From: Raillietiella orientalis
Lineage: Eukaryota
DNA: 64,000 nt
Assembly (NCBI GenBank): GCA_036172245.1
Contig: JAYWIR010000001.1
Coordinates: forward strand, 10,788,001 to 10,852,000
Reading direction: 5' to 3'
Shown here: positions 12,701 through 33,550 of the stretch, piece by piece
Position numbering within the stretch: the first letter of the stretch is position 1
Layout: each line of letters begins with the position of its first letter
Notes under the pieces: model-generated
What the model saw: only the letters and a program-made list of their open reading frames with translations
Database searches by the model: none
Told to the model about the DNA's origin: nothing
Program-made: the position numbers and the translations under genes

Positions 12701-13740
12701 GGAACAGGTGCGACGTTCTCTGCACGCGCGTAACAACAACTGCACGCTCCGGGAGATCCTGGAAGATTCTGCGAAGAGTGCATGGGCAAGCAGAGGCTCC
12801 CTCGCTGCCCTTCCTCAGGGAACCCATGGGCATCAGCCTCACGACGAGATGGGAGGTTACCGTGGAAATCTGCGGAAGGAGAAAAGGACTGGGCGAGTGG
12901 ACGACGGGTCAGCTCACCGACGCTGCGACCCCGAGTGCTCGATCTCGTGGGCTTTTGCGCTGGGGCGTGCTACTCGGTATTGCGGAGGAAGACCTGCAGC
13001 GGTCCCGGTGCTCATGAGCACCCGCACCCTCCCCTTAAAGTGGCAGGAGTTGTTGTTGGGGTACTGGGGCCTCCCGTACAGCAACAACTCAACGCCCGCC
13101 GGCATCTGTGGACACGGGTGTGTGTGGACCCAAACTGTGCAAGGTGTGGGGAGCGGGAATCCTTCCCGCACCCCCCAGTGGACTGTGTTGCCCCTGCGAC
13201 CCTTTTGGGGACGCTTGGCCGCTTTTGCCCGTTGGAATCCCCTGACCGCAATGCCAGAGACGTTTTAAAGTCTCTCTTCCCGCGAGACGCCCTCACGCCG
13301 GCCGCATCCCTAGCAGCACTTTGCTGCCTACGCGGCGGGATCGTGACGGCGTGCAGCGGAGCCAACCGAAGAGCCAACGACAGGGACGCCACCCACTTCG
13401 CTCTTCGCTTTCTGCGGATAGCGGTCAGATGGCCCCACCTGCACATCTCCGTGAAACAGGACCTTGCCGGCATCCTTCAAAGGATGCAGAGGACCACCTC
13501 CAGCAGGCTGTGGGACGGAATTGGGAGGATTACTTTCCGTTATCCTCCGAAAATTGTTTTAGTTTTGTTTTGTTTATTTTTCTTTTTGTTTGGGCCCTCT
13601 CCTCTGCTATCGTCCTCACCGGTCTGCAAACCGGTAGCACGGCAGGTTATCTACACGAAGGACGTGGTTGGACCACTGGTCCAACCACAGAAATTGTAAA
13701 TGCTTATTATTTTAAATAAACGCTCTGGCGAATCCGGGAG
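9800..13740 (+). mobile_element. Degenerate L1/Tx1-clade LINE ORF2 (APE endonuclease-RT-zinc finger), copy B
   Basis: Motifs in order: LSNHSRI (SDH, ~10610); KAPGKDGLPAEFF (~11205); NNWWPIAVVNAD; AVDLQKAFACVD; RRGTRQGDSPSPLLF; KYLDVPL; RDGGLGL; CARCGERESFPHPPVDC. Multiple stops and frameshifts, and the YADD motif is lost. AATAAA at 13715-13720. A CCHC-like knuckle (CIRVCGVGHLGSKC, ~9325-9368) may be an ORF1 remnant. Confidence 0.85.
10887..13512 (+). repeat. 2626-bp near-identical inverted repeat, left arm (partner 30523-33148)
   Basis: The ORF track gives identical translations on opposite strands. Only three substitutions were noticed (~11214, ~11360, ~12943). Confidence 0.97.
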
Positions 13741-14300
13741 AAAAACCAGTGTCGTAGCCGATGCCTGCATGCCAGCCAATGTCGCCCCGCGGAAGAGGGA
13801 AGATCGATACCCAACGATGCACCCACCGTTCTCTGCGGTGATCCTTCCTTCCCCGGACGGGATTCGAATTCACGACATCCAGTGCGGCGCGAGGAGACCC
13901 GCAGTCACGCGGCCTCCGGCGCGGGCAGCTCCTCGCTCCCTACGCGGGACCCACTTTGTAGTCCGCTTCTTGAGGACGGCATCGAGATGGCGCCATCCGG
14001 GAAGCACACAGTCCGGACGACTTGCCGGCATCCTTGGACCAGAGATGCAGAGGACGCCTCTAAGCAGGCAGCGATCCCTTCCCGAACTCCCCCCAGGGTT
14101 TTTCTTATTTATTTAGTTTTCTTTATTTAATTTTTCTTTTCGTTCGCTCCTCTTTCCTCCGCTGCCGAGGCGAACCTGCCCTTTTCGCCTGCCAGTCCCT
14201 CGGCAGGTTCTTTGATCAGTGGATGTCGTAGGAGTTACAGTTCTACCACTGCCTTTGCACGTTTCTTGCACATAACAAACGCACCGATGCAACCGGGACG
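13740..14300 (+). mobile_element. Short derivative of the same LINE family (copy C): endonuclease-internal piece fused to ORF2 end and 3'-UTR
   Basis: 13740-13930 aligns with 30310-30120 and ~44990-44840 (reverse). THFVVRFLRTASRW...LAGILGPEMQRT matches the copy B end, followed by a T-rich tract and ctcggcaggttc. Confidence 0.65.
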
Positions 14301-15329
14301 GAAGCAGCTGCCTCAGCGAACAGCAACGGTCGCAGAATTGCCTGCATGAGGAAATTTGAAGGCGATCCCCTCTCCCCCCCCCCCCCAAAGTGGAGACAAA
14401 ACTCTACTTCCTGCAAATGAAAACAGGAACTTCTGAGTTTCCTACTTCTCCTGCCAAGACTGTTATCAACAAGACTGTTAATGCGGACTCATGGAAGCCC
14501 TTCGGTCTGCTACAAGCGCTCATCAATTTGTGATCAGCTCAAGACATTTGGAAATCTTCCGCTTTCGTATGTGCCTTAATTTCCAGTTGTTCTCTTCCTT
14601 AGTGTGACATCACGTGTCATTAGAGTTCCGGTTGCAAGTAATTGCGATTTGCTGCTGATCAGAAGGCAGGGAGATTGCTTTTGTCGAGGATGCACTCGTC
14701 GCACCTTCACGTGCTGCTGCAGCAGCCTTGAGCTACAGAGGCGTTGGAATCTCCCGTGGCTTTCAAAAACGTCCCGAATTGAGCTCGGAGGGAAAACGGG
14801 GAGGCCGAGTTTCAAACATTATCTCGCGTGCAGGATGGGACTAACGTCGTCCATTCACTGTGCACAAATAAATGCTTTTACTTGAAGTAGTAGGGACGAA
14901 CACTGACGTAAGGAATTATTTGCTTTTTGTGGGTGCGCGCACAACGAAATGGACCGGAAAATTCAAGAAAAAGCAGCTCCGTTTATCTTGTTTTCCCTGT
15001 GTGGTGTGTGTGTGTGTTTTGCTCGAAAAATTCTTCCACACTTTTAAACGTCTGAAACTTGGTCCTATAACCTACTTTCTGACCGTAAAACCAAATGTCA
15101 GATTTCGGGGATCCGGGCTGAAACAAAATTTCCGACGGATCATCGACGCATTAGATTTCAGTTCCGCACACGCTGGATGGGTTGCAAGTTTAACTTGGTA
15201 ACCAAGCATGCAGAGTTGCTATGGACGGTGGGTATGCACCAGCTGATTTCCGCAGGAGGCTCAGTTGTCAAATATTTATCCTCTTCCATCCAAGATACAA
15301 AGCGAGTTTATCAGCCGCTGGGCTGAAAA

Positions 15330-17560
15330 CAAGAAATGGAGAGCCCACTGATTCCCTTCATAAGGAAGAAGGGAACTGAATCTCTTATTCTCGTCGTACC
15401 CACGTTGAGCCATGGCAATGTAAAGATCAGAAGGAGTCGAAAATTCGAATTCGGATATCCATTCATTTCCATGCCCTGTTCATTATCCTCACGGATTATA
15501 TGGAATATAAGTGGGAATATTGCTGAGTATTTTGTGTGGATTTAAAGTCCAGTAAATTCATCCTGCCATATTAGAAAGATGATGGGTCTGAGAATGAATG
15601 GATGTGGAAAGAGAGTTGTAAAGTCATTCTAATGGATGAATGAGGGATTGCCGATGGTTGCTTGTTGGTTGATGAGTCTTTTTAAAATGATGAACGTAAG
15701 GAATAGTGTAGAGACGGAGGATGTGGGGGTATTTCATAGCCTAAAGATGTCTGGGTAGTTTGAGTAGCGTGGTGATATACCCGTGGGTCCTAGGAGTTCT
15801 GCAGAGGGAAGAAGGCTATGTTTACTCCCATGAATATTGGGATGAATTGAATGCCGGGTAAAGGATGGTTAGAGATAGACCAGTTAACATAGGATTGAAA
15901 CATCTTTCTCTTCCAAGCTACCTTCTTGAATTGAACAACATTTGAGATGGAATAACTCCTCCCCAAAGTTGCTTAATTTGACCCAACAACATTAGACTGA
16001 AACACATTTCTCTTCAAATCTGCCTACTTGATTCAACGACATTTGAATGAAACAACCCCTCTCCATCATTCATTTAATCTTTATTCCATGTCATCCTCAG
16101 ATCCAGCTATTCCACTTGCTGAACTTTCTCCACAGTTATTTTTCTAGAAAATATGATTTTATTAATCACTGGCCAATCAGCTCATAGGTTTTCACTTTTG
16201 TGGCCTGTTATCAAGGTGAGGGAATAATTTTTAGAAAGCCTATGTATATAGTAGGATACTCATTTGTGAATTTAGATCGCCTGATATTATTCCTAGGTCA
16301 CGTGTTATTTGGATTCGTTTTTGCTATTCAGTTCGAGTAGGATTTGCTGGGAGTTAGTAATGGATTCAGAAATTTTTTGTAAAACGTGAAGAAAGAGGCT
16401 GCATACTGTTTTTTGAATTGGTAAATTTGGGAAAAACTTGTGGCTTATATTCCGTTGAATGCGGTTATTGCATTCACGTATTTCTTGCAGATTACAATTG
16501 GCCACACCCAATATGGCGCATGATCGCCTATGCCGTATCGAGGCTCCCTGGTTTTGGTGGTTTTCCACTATAAATTGTTTTCAAAGGATTGCCATCCATT
16601 TGCCGTTGGTTGTTGATGTTCCCAGATTGATAGGTCACTCATTGTTTTCATCTGTAAATAATAAATTTCTCTTCGGTCATTTCATTGCCTCCATTTAGGA
16701 ATACAATTGGTAATTTCTTGCTGAGTCCTCTTTGAAAAGGATTAGATAGGAAAAAATCACTTTACCTTCTTGCCTGGGTTTGTTATCCTTCTGTTTCATT
16801 CCCATGCGTAACCTTGAAATAAACGATCGAACTATTCTTTCGGCTAAAGTGCACGAATGCATTTCTATTGGAATACAGAGTGAAGAATTTCATACCTCTG
16901 AAGAGAACTTATTAGGAAGCCATAAATGTAGCAGCAGCATTCGATGATTCAATAGTGGTTGGGTTGGAATCCCTGACGGCGTCTCAATCCATCATTACAA
17001 GATCAGCAACGGTAGCCAACTTGGAAGGCACCGCTGTGAGGATGAAAGTGGGTTAGGTAAACTCCTGGTTCCCTCTAAATTAAAAACTTGTGATGTGCCG
17101 AAATCCAGATAGAGACACAAAACATTCTTCCCCTGAGGCAGAGATCACATTTGATTTTGGAGAGCACTTTGAGTTTTGAGGGACCCTCGGGGGACGATTT
17201 TCCGACGTCTGGAGACGATCGCTTTGGTACATTTTGGGCGGTTTCCACGAGGTGTACAGAATTTCACCGATTCCGGCCAAGGCAGCATCAACCTCGATTT
17301 GGTACACAGAAACGAAATTAGAGAAGAATTGGGAGCATCAGAGAGAACGTCAACTGTGTTCGTTTCCATCGCACCGTGTGAAACCCGATATCGTGCTGAA
17401 AAGTTCAATGGAAGACTTGCAATGGTGTTTTCCTGCTATCGTTCTCGGTGTTCACGGTTTCCCTGTGGGAACACCGTGATGACTGTGCACGAATCAGCAT
17501 TTATCGGCAGCCGGTCATCAAGTTGGAAAGTACAACCGTGCCCCATGTCCCACCCCTAAG
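15330..17560 (-). mobile_element. Decayed Polinton/Maverick-like remnant (integrase + chromodomain, possibly minor capsid)
   Basis: Ordered fragments on the minus strand: TVDVLS; EVDAALAGIGEILYTSWKPPKMYQSDR (cf. EVxxAF...PKxLQTDxG); LAERIVRSF; PRYGIGDH (PKFxVGD); WRKFSKWNSWI (chromodomain). These are followed by LKLPRHL and EFSTPSDLYIAM...ALHF, resembling the Polinton penton. Many stops and frameshifts. Confidence 0.5.
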
Positions 17561-18229
17561 CGCACCGTTTGCACAACGCACTCATTTACGGAGAGCTCAT
17601 CTCGCAGCAACGTGGGAAGAGGGGATTGTGGTGCGAGAAGAAAATGGTGTAAGAAGGAAAACAACAACAACAACAACGGAACAAAAAAAGGGTTCATGTG
17701 TGCCCCAACCGAAAGTGCTCCAACGCGAAACAAAATTCATCGGAAAGCATTTCAATCAGCTGCCCAGTTGGAATCGTTCGAATGCATTGAACTCCGTATC
17801 GACAGACGGCACTAATTATCTTCATACTTGTGACGGCAGAAAAAAAAAAAAAAAAAAAGACACCCATATCAAAGTTGCTTAAGTCGAATATGCAAGAACT
17901 GTATGGATACCGTTGTTTTTTCCTGCCCACGTTAAGTGATTGTGCAGTTCTCACAGGGAATGTGTAGAAAATAGTTGGAATACTTTTAGCTCACCCGAAC
18001 AGAGAGCTCCAAATATGATGCTTCCAAAAAACATTATGTGCATTTTATTATGTGAAAATATTACTTAAGTTTGTTCCATCAAAGTGGTTTCAACCTGTTT
18101 CGAGATGAACTTTGATAATGAAATTACTCATAGTTCAGAAAAAAACTGTTTGCCGTGTCTGGTGTTCTGTGAAGTAATGTCTTGATGTATAATTGAGGAC
18201 CTTATTGGATTAGTGTAAAGTACCATATC

Positions 18230-26744
<8,515 letters not shown>

Positions 26745-27949
26745 TGATCTCTTCCATTGCCATATCATCTGTAAAACACATTCCAGAGAAGTCTGTTATG
26801 TGGGAGCAACCTTGTCTATTTAAAAACCCTCAGGAATGCCACACTTGAAACTAGCATGTCCCCATGACTATCAATAAGTGAACTGTGCATTCTTTCATTA
26901 AACAGATTTGTAAAATATTTTCGTGTTTGTATAAGTTCAGTATGAAGAATATGTATGTGTACAGTATTGTAATTATTATTTCAAGCATTTTTGTAGAATA
27001 GAAGATGATCAAAGGTTATTTTGCATTTTGTTATATAAATTTGCATACGTAAGTCATTTGATAAATAAATGTCTTCTCTATTTAAGTGTTTTTTATGTTT
27101 GTTTGTTTCCATGATTTCGTAGAAAGCCACTGATACTGTGATAGTATAATATTTTTAACATCCTTTTGTCAACTAGAAAATCAATTATGGCATTGTGTGC
27201 TTGAAAAGAAGTGCTGGCGTTCGAATTAGTTTTCAACCAAATCAAAAACAACACGAGCAAGATTGGTTCCGTTTGGTATTTATTACCAGGTTTTCGGATG
27301 TGAACTTTGCTGAGGTTTTTCCATTGGTTTAGGAGGCTGTCTGTGAAGCAATTGGTAAAACTACTTGCATGCAATCCACTTTGTGCAAGTGAATAAGAAG
27401 GAGGGATAAATTTCCCTTTAAGTTTTTATTTGTTCAGTTGCATCACAGATGAATGTGCAATCCCATTTCTATTTGGCTCGTTTTTGTGACGATTTATATT
27501 ATTCTGAGAGATGTACTAACAGTAATCTGTCTGCTTTTTTAGTATCACATTTTTTCAAAATCAAGATCTCATAATTTGAAAACATGGTGATGTTTCACAT
27601 TGAAATGAAGAGATTGGCAAAAAACAGTAAGCCATCAACATTAAATGTGAAAAGGTACTGGCATGGTCCTTTCGAGGCTGATCAAAGGACTTGCTTTCAG
27701 GAGCAATGAGGGTAAATGATGAACTTTTCGTTATTCTTAAAAGCCAGCCCTTGGGTTGTCATGTCTAGAATTTGCGCGCGCGAAAATTGAGATCACCAAG
27801 AGGGCACGCAAAATCGAATGCTCTGAAATCCAATTCACATTCAGCACACGCAGAATCCGATTTTTCACGGTTTTCATTAATTTTTTTCCTGATCCAACAT
27901 GGAGGATGTGCTTCTGTCTGTGTGTGAAACGGGCAAAGGTCATCAGATC

Positions 27950-28700
27950 ACTGAGCAATTGGTGATTTTTTTTAGAAGGAACCCGATCAGCAAGGAGACT
28001 CCATAGTGCTGTGCATCGAAAGTTTCCCTGGCAGCATTTTCCAGTATCTACTCTTTCCCAATTTGATACTGGTGTTGCACCTGTGGAACATTCGTGTACC
28101 AGATGCCGTTTCTTGTTTCATTTACTTTTGAATAAACAGAATTCCCAAAGTATCTGGTACACAGTCCCGTTCAAGTAGAAGTTGTTCTTATCTGTCACCT
28201 GAGTGTTCTTCGTGATATGAAGACTGCCAAGTCTGTGCACTTAATGTGTGGGTTAGCTGAAGAGCTGGTGGAAGGTGCGTGTAGAGTTTAGATTGTCTTT
28301 CAGATTGCGCGTATTGATATTGGTATGATGATACTGAGGGCCAGAATCTTTAGATTCTGAAAAGACTATTTTAGAAGTTTCAACGGTTAAGAGGATCGCT
28401 TTCTTGGTTCTCTTGTTGATGCAGGTATGATTAAGCAGGTTGCCATTGCATTTTATAGTAACATGAGGAGGTAATAGTAACATGATGTGTCATAATACCA
28501 CTCGTCTTCTGACTCGAGACGATCTAGGGTAACCATAAACTTCCTGGAGGTTTCTAAAAGTCCACTCCCGCTTCCGTAAACGAAGTGAATGTGCCACTGT
28601 CACTCACTATGAGTGCTTCATGGGAATCTCCACAGGAAATGATTTGGTTCTTGTGTTTCCGAATGGGATGATCACCATTTTTTTTTAGTTCATGTTGGTT
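27950..28700 (-). mobile_element. Possible Penelope-like RT remnant
   Basis: Ordered decayed motifs: MVIIPFGN (IVIxPADKG), PGSLWLP*I (PGxFYxLPKIHK), AILLTVETS..YHHTNI (AILxTxDVxSLYTNI), KNNFYLNGTVYQ (NYFxFNGxxYxQ). Confidence 0.35.
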
Positions 28701-30119
28701 TGGCCGAATTGCTGAGACCTCTCTTTGAGGGTCGGGCGTTGGTGATTGCCATCAACCTTCGAACTTGAGAAGTGAGTCCACGTGGAGGAGCGATGCACAT
28801 CTTGCTGGAGGCATGCACAAAGCTACGCATGCTCGTAGAAGCGTGAGGTGGCTGGGAAAACAGGAGATTGCAAATCCGTTGCAGATTCGATCTTTCCTTA
28901 GCCAGTGGAATAGCTTGCAGGGGAATGTGAATTTTACTGGTGGTGTGGCTTTGCGAAGGTTCTGTTCACAGCAAACAATTTGTAAGTGAAAGTACAGCAG
29001 GTATTAGCTGGTGTGTAGAGTAGGTAGTGGTTGGTGGTTTGCAAGGGTGGAGCTGAAAGCATCAGCAGCCAAATAAGACTCTTGGAAATTGAATGAGAAG
29101 ATGCAAAAGCACATTTCCGATGGTAACTGATTGATTAACTCGCTCGTTTGAGGAAAAAGCCAAACGGGGAACGTGGATACAGATGCTTTGTGTGATGGAA
29201 GAGGGGAGATAGATAGCATCTGTTCAGAGTATGAGAAATCCAGCGGAATGTACGCATCGGATATCCCATATCAGTTTCATGCATTCTTGATGATTATGTA
29301 GGCGTGGAGGAGATTATTCTGCTTCGTGGATATGGAAGCATAAAGTGCAGGAAACGCAAGAGGAGAATGGAGATACTTTTGGGAATAACGTAGCTCTTGT
29401 GATGATAATTGTGATAATGAATAATGGAGAGAAAGAGAATCGATAATGACTTTTTCTCCTGTCAATATGGCAAGGGAATCGTGATGGAAACGCATCGATG
29501 GAGATCGAAAATAGAGAGAGCGAGAACTCCGTTTTTGCTCAATAATCGATACGTTGACATGGCTTTAATTTGTTTCTGATCTGGTGTTGCTTATCGAGGA
29601 TCCACACGATACTCAGCTGCTAAACTACCTCCGGTCTCTGATATTAGGGCACGCAATAAAATTGCAAATGGATTATGTAAAAGTCGGTGGTTCGATTCAT
29701 CCGATGTAAATACTCGTATTCAAACATAAATCGATCTTTCAGCCAATCGGTTCTTGCTCCTCATGACTGTTTCCAGCCCCTGTTGTGGACCGACTTCCCT
29801 TGGTTTCCGCATCTCCTTATTTTGGAAGCTAGAGCTTTGCCGCACAACTGTTTGGGGAGGAGGAACTGCCTCTGTGCTGCGTGCGATGCGACTGCATCAT
29901 AAGAAAGAGAATTGCAAAAGAAAGAAAAGTCTCTCAACAGAGAAACTTCTTCGGAACAGCATTGATGAAACGCGTGAAACCCGAAAACTCTCTTTTCCTA
30001 TCCATCCTGATGTAAATTTCCGGCTCGCAAATGAGCACGCTGATGGATGCGTTCTCTCGGTTCACACTTGCTGATGGTGCATTCTGAATTCTCCGATGTC
30101 TTTCATTGGAGACTTCCAC

Positions 30120-33100
30120 AGCAAGGTTACCCGTGCTGGAGGCCGTATGGCTGAGGTATCTGCGCGTGCTGGTACCAACGTTTCCGGTTCGAATCCCGCC
30201 TGGGGAAGAGTCGATACCAGAGAAAATGGATACGTCGTGGGTCTCCAGTCCACCATGCACGGTTATGCTAGTTAGCTTATATTCGGCTGCGGCACTGGTT
30301 GACATCCGGTCACGCTGAGACGTTTATTTCTAAACCAACATTTCTGTGGAAGGACGTTTGATTCTGCCACGTTATTTATGAATACGAAAAGGAACCTGCC
30401 GAGATCTCGAAAGCAGGCCAGCAGAGTTCACCTCGTCAGCACAGGGGAAGGGGGGACAAACAAAAGAAAAAAAAAAAAAAAAACTGCAATCAAAAAGGAT
30501 AGGGGGGGGTTCGGGAAGGGATCACAGCCTGCTGGAGGTGGTCCTCTGCATCCTTTGAAGGATGCCGGCAAGGTCCTGTTTCACGGAGATGTGCAGGTGG
30601 GGCCATCTGACCGCTATCCGCAGAAAGCGAAGAGCGAAGTGGGTGGCGTCCCTGTCGTTGGCTCTTCGGTTGGCTCCGCTGCACGCCGTCACGATCCCGC
30701 CGCGTAGGCAGCAAAGTGCTGCTAGGGATGCGGCCGGCGTGAGGGCGTCTCGCGGGAAGAGAGACTTTAAAACGTCTCTGGCATTGCGGTCAGGGGATTC
30801 CAACGGGCAAAAGCGGCCAAGCGTCCCCAAAAGGGTCGCAGGGGCAACACAGTCCACTGGGGGGTGCGGGAAGGATTCCCGCTCCCCACACCTTGCACAG
30901 TTTGGGTCCACACACACCCGTGTCCACAGATGCCGGCGGGCGTTGAGTTGTTGCTGTACGGGAGGCCCCAGTACCCCAACAACAACTCCTGCCACTTTAA
31001 GGGGAGGGTGCGGGTGCTCATGAGCACCGGGACCGCTGCAGGTCTTCCTCCGCAATACCGAGTAGCACGCCCCAGCGCAAAAGCCCACGAGGTCGAGCAC
31101 TCGGGGTCGCAGCGTCGGTGAGCTGACCCGTCGTCCACTCGCCCAGTCCTTTTCTCCTTCCGCAGATTTCCACGGTAACCTCCCATCTCGTCGTGAGGCT
31201 GATGCCCATGGGTTCCCTGAGGAAGGGCAGCGAGGGAGCCTCTGCTTGCCCATGCACTCTTCGCAGAATCTTCCAGGATCTCCCGGAGCGTGCAGTTGTT
31301 GTTACGCGCGTGCAGAGAACGTCGCACCTGTTCCGCGCTTGGCTCCCGGATCCTCGCCCACGTGGTTCCCTGAAACCAGACACTACCCTTCGCGGATGGC
31401 GGCACGAGATCTCGGCGCTTTTCCTCTCCAGAGCAGCCACCTGCCGCAGGTGCAGTCCGCCGTGGATGAGGCTGCGTGCACGGCGCTCAAGCAAGGACGC
31501 GAGTCCCACGCTGCCGGTGGCTTGCTGAACGAAAGACGTGCAGGCTGGCACCAGGTGGTGCTCCAGAGTTTTGCCACGAGGGCGAAACTGGAGCTGCAGT
31601 TCAGAAGGCCTAGGCCGCCGTCGCGGAGCGCAGTACACAAGTCCTTCAGGCGGACTCGGGGCCTCCCTTTGTGCCAGAGAGCGATCCGGAAGGGGTACTT
31701 TGTCCGCTTTCCGATGCTGCATGGCGGTGGGCAGACAAAAAGCAAGGAACGGAGGAGGGGAGCCACAAGCGTGTTGCACACAGCGTCCCGCTCCGGCAGG
31801 TGAAACCTGCCTCTATGGAACGGGCCGAGCGCCTGCGATGCTTTCTGGATTCGGCCGGACCAGGCTTCTGCGGAGCAGAAGTCCCCCAACGGAACGTCCA
31901 GGTACTTTAAGTACCGTCCCGTGGGGATCCCCAGGCGGATGTAGTTCGGCCGCCCTGCCCACGCCACACCGCCTTGCACTTCGCCTTGCCTTCACAGCTT
32001 GCCTTCTTTCAGTCCCACGGCAGAGCAGCTCGAAGAAACCGACCGTCCAGTGTACATGGTGACCAGCAACGGCAGGAGTATGCTGAGGCGGCAGGCATGC
32101 CGGGACATACACGCGGCTGGAGAGCCAGAGTCTCCCTGCATGCTCTCAGCGCCAGTTCGAAATAGGTGCTAAAGAGCAGAGGGCTCGGGCTGTCGCCCTG
32201 CCGTGTACCGCGTCGCACCGGCACTCCGTACACCGTCCGCTCGCTGAAAGAGGCGTTAGTTAATGAGCGCTCGGAGCCAGTTGGAGCGCAGACAGGCCGA
32301 CAGTGCGGCCGAGAAGCCCAAGCGTTCCAGCAACTCCAGGAGCCCCCGGTCGACGCAGGCGAATGCCTTTTGCAGGTCGACTGCGACCGCAACGGCTCCC
32401 GCTCCCTCCTTCGCTTCCCGCCCCTGGTCGATGCACGCTCCGGAATTCCGGTTGCCCATCTTGCCCCTTTCTTGTAGGAGCGCGAACCAGGTGCTAGCGC
32501 AGAGCAGGTTGGAGTCCATGCTCTGCCCAGGAACAGCATGCGACTTCTTTGAGCTGATGAAGCTTTCTGCCGCCCGTCCTAGCCGCTCGGCCCACTGTTT
32601 CGCTAGCAAATTGGCGTCCGCGTTTACCACGGCAATCGGCCACCAGTTGTTCATGCTCCTCAGGTCTCCTCCTTTGGGGTGGAGGCGTACCCTTGCTGAG
32701 AGAAACGAGGCGGAAACGTCGCCTGTTTCGCTTATCGGCAAGGTTAATTACTGTACCAGGGAAGTCAGCTGTGCGGCGAAGCATGTTGGAAAAACTCCGC
32801 CGGCAGGCCGTCCTTCCCTGAGGCCTTACGCCTCTTCAGCTTCCCGATCGCGGTGATGGTCTCACCGGACCGGCCGAGAAAGGCTCGCCGAGGCTTCTCC
32901 TGCGCTCCTCTCCTGTACAGCAGGAGCTGGAGCACCTTCCGGGAGCAGGAATCTTGCGAAATCCCTCTCGGGAAGTGCTCCCGCGTACGGAGAGGAGAAG
33001 AACTTGCGTAGTATTCCTTTTACCTGTTCGGAAGCCGAGTGTTCCCGGTCCTTGTCGTCCAGTAGACTGGCCGACCCAGACTGCCAGGCTTGCCAGGCTG

Positions 33101-33200
33101 TCGGCTCCTTCTTCAATTCCTGCAGCTTCCGGATGTCGGGTGTTCTGTAATGACGGGCGCACAGATTCGCCCGCACGTCACGAGCACCCTCTCCGAAGCC
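30120..33200 (-). mobile_element. L1/Tx1-like LINE copy E (5'-truncated ORF2, 3'-UTR, downstream endonuclease-internal piece)
   Basis: Same RT and zinc-finger motifs as copy B. ORF stop at 30522-30524, T-rich tract ~30458-30483, AATAAA at 30328-30323. GC-rich island within AT-rich DNA. Confidence 0.9.
30523..33148 (-). repeat. 2626-bp near-identical inverted repeat, right arm (partner 10887-13512)
   Basis: Reverse complement of 10887-13512, of equal length. Confidence 0.97.
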
Positions 33201-33550
33201 GGATACTTGACCTTGCTGTGTTTAAATCGAAAACTATGTAACTCTCAGGATTTATAACTGTGAAATCAACGACTTTTTTTTACTCTTTCTCCGTTTGATT
33301 TTTTTAAATCATAATTCTCTCAAATCTCTCAGTGCTCAGAACTTCTCAATTAACATGCTCTAAATGGTCTTCGTATAGACTGATTAGATTTACAAAAATA
33401 TCATGTTCTATGTTTGCTGTCGTTTCGCTTGGTGCACATAGTTACTGATCAACAGGGAATATGAAATATTCTGAATAAATAGGATACTGACGAAGGAATA
33501 ACTACAACAGATTGTTTTAACGTATGTAAGCAAAAGCCTCATCAGCCCTC

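Noticed and set aside
1-14400. GC-rich flanks as bacterial contamination or a giant virus insertion
   Set aside because: They contain spliced animal genes and LINE relics, and lack dense prokaryotic or viral ORFs.
27715-27830. C/D-box snoRNA (ATGATGA...CTGA)
   Set aside because: No terminal stem or recognisable rRNA guide; these short boxes are common by chance.
30395-30445. Hammerhead or HDV-like ribozyme in the LINE 3'-UTR (CTGACGA on the minus strand; cctcgc motifs in copies A and D)
   Set aside because: No GAAA after stem II, CTGANGA is not conserved in sister copies (ctgccga), and no nested double pseudoknot could be drawn.
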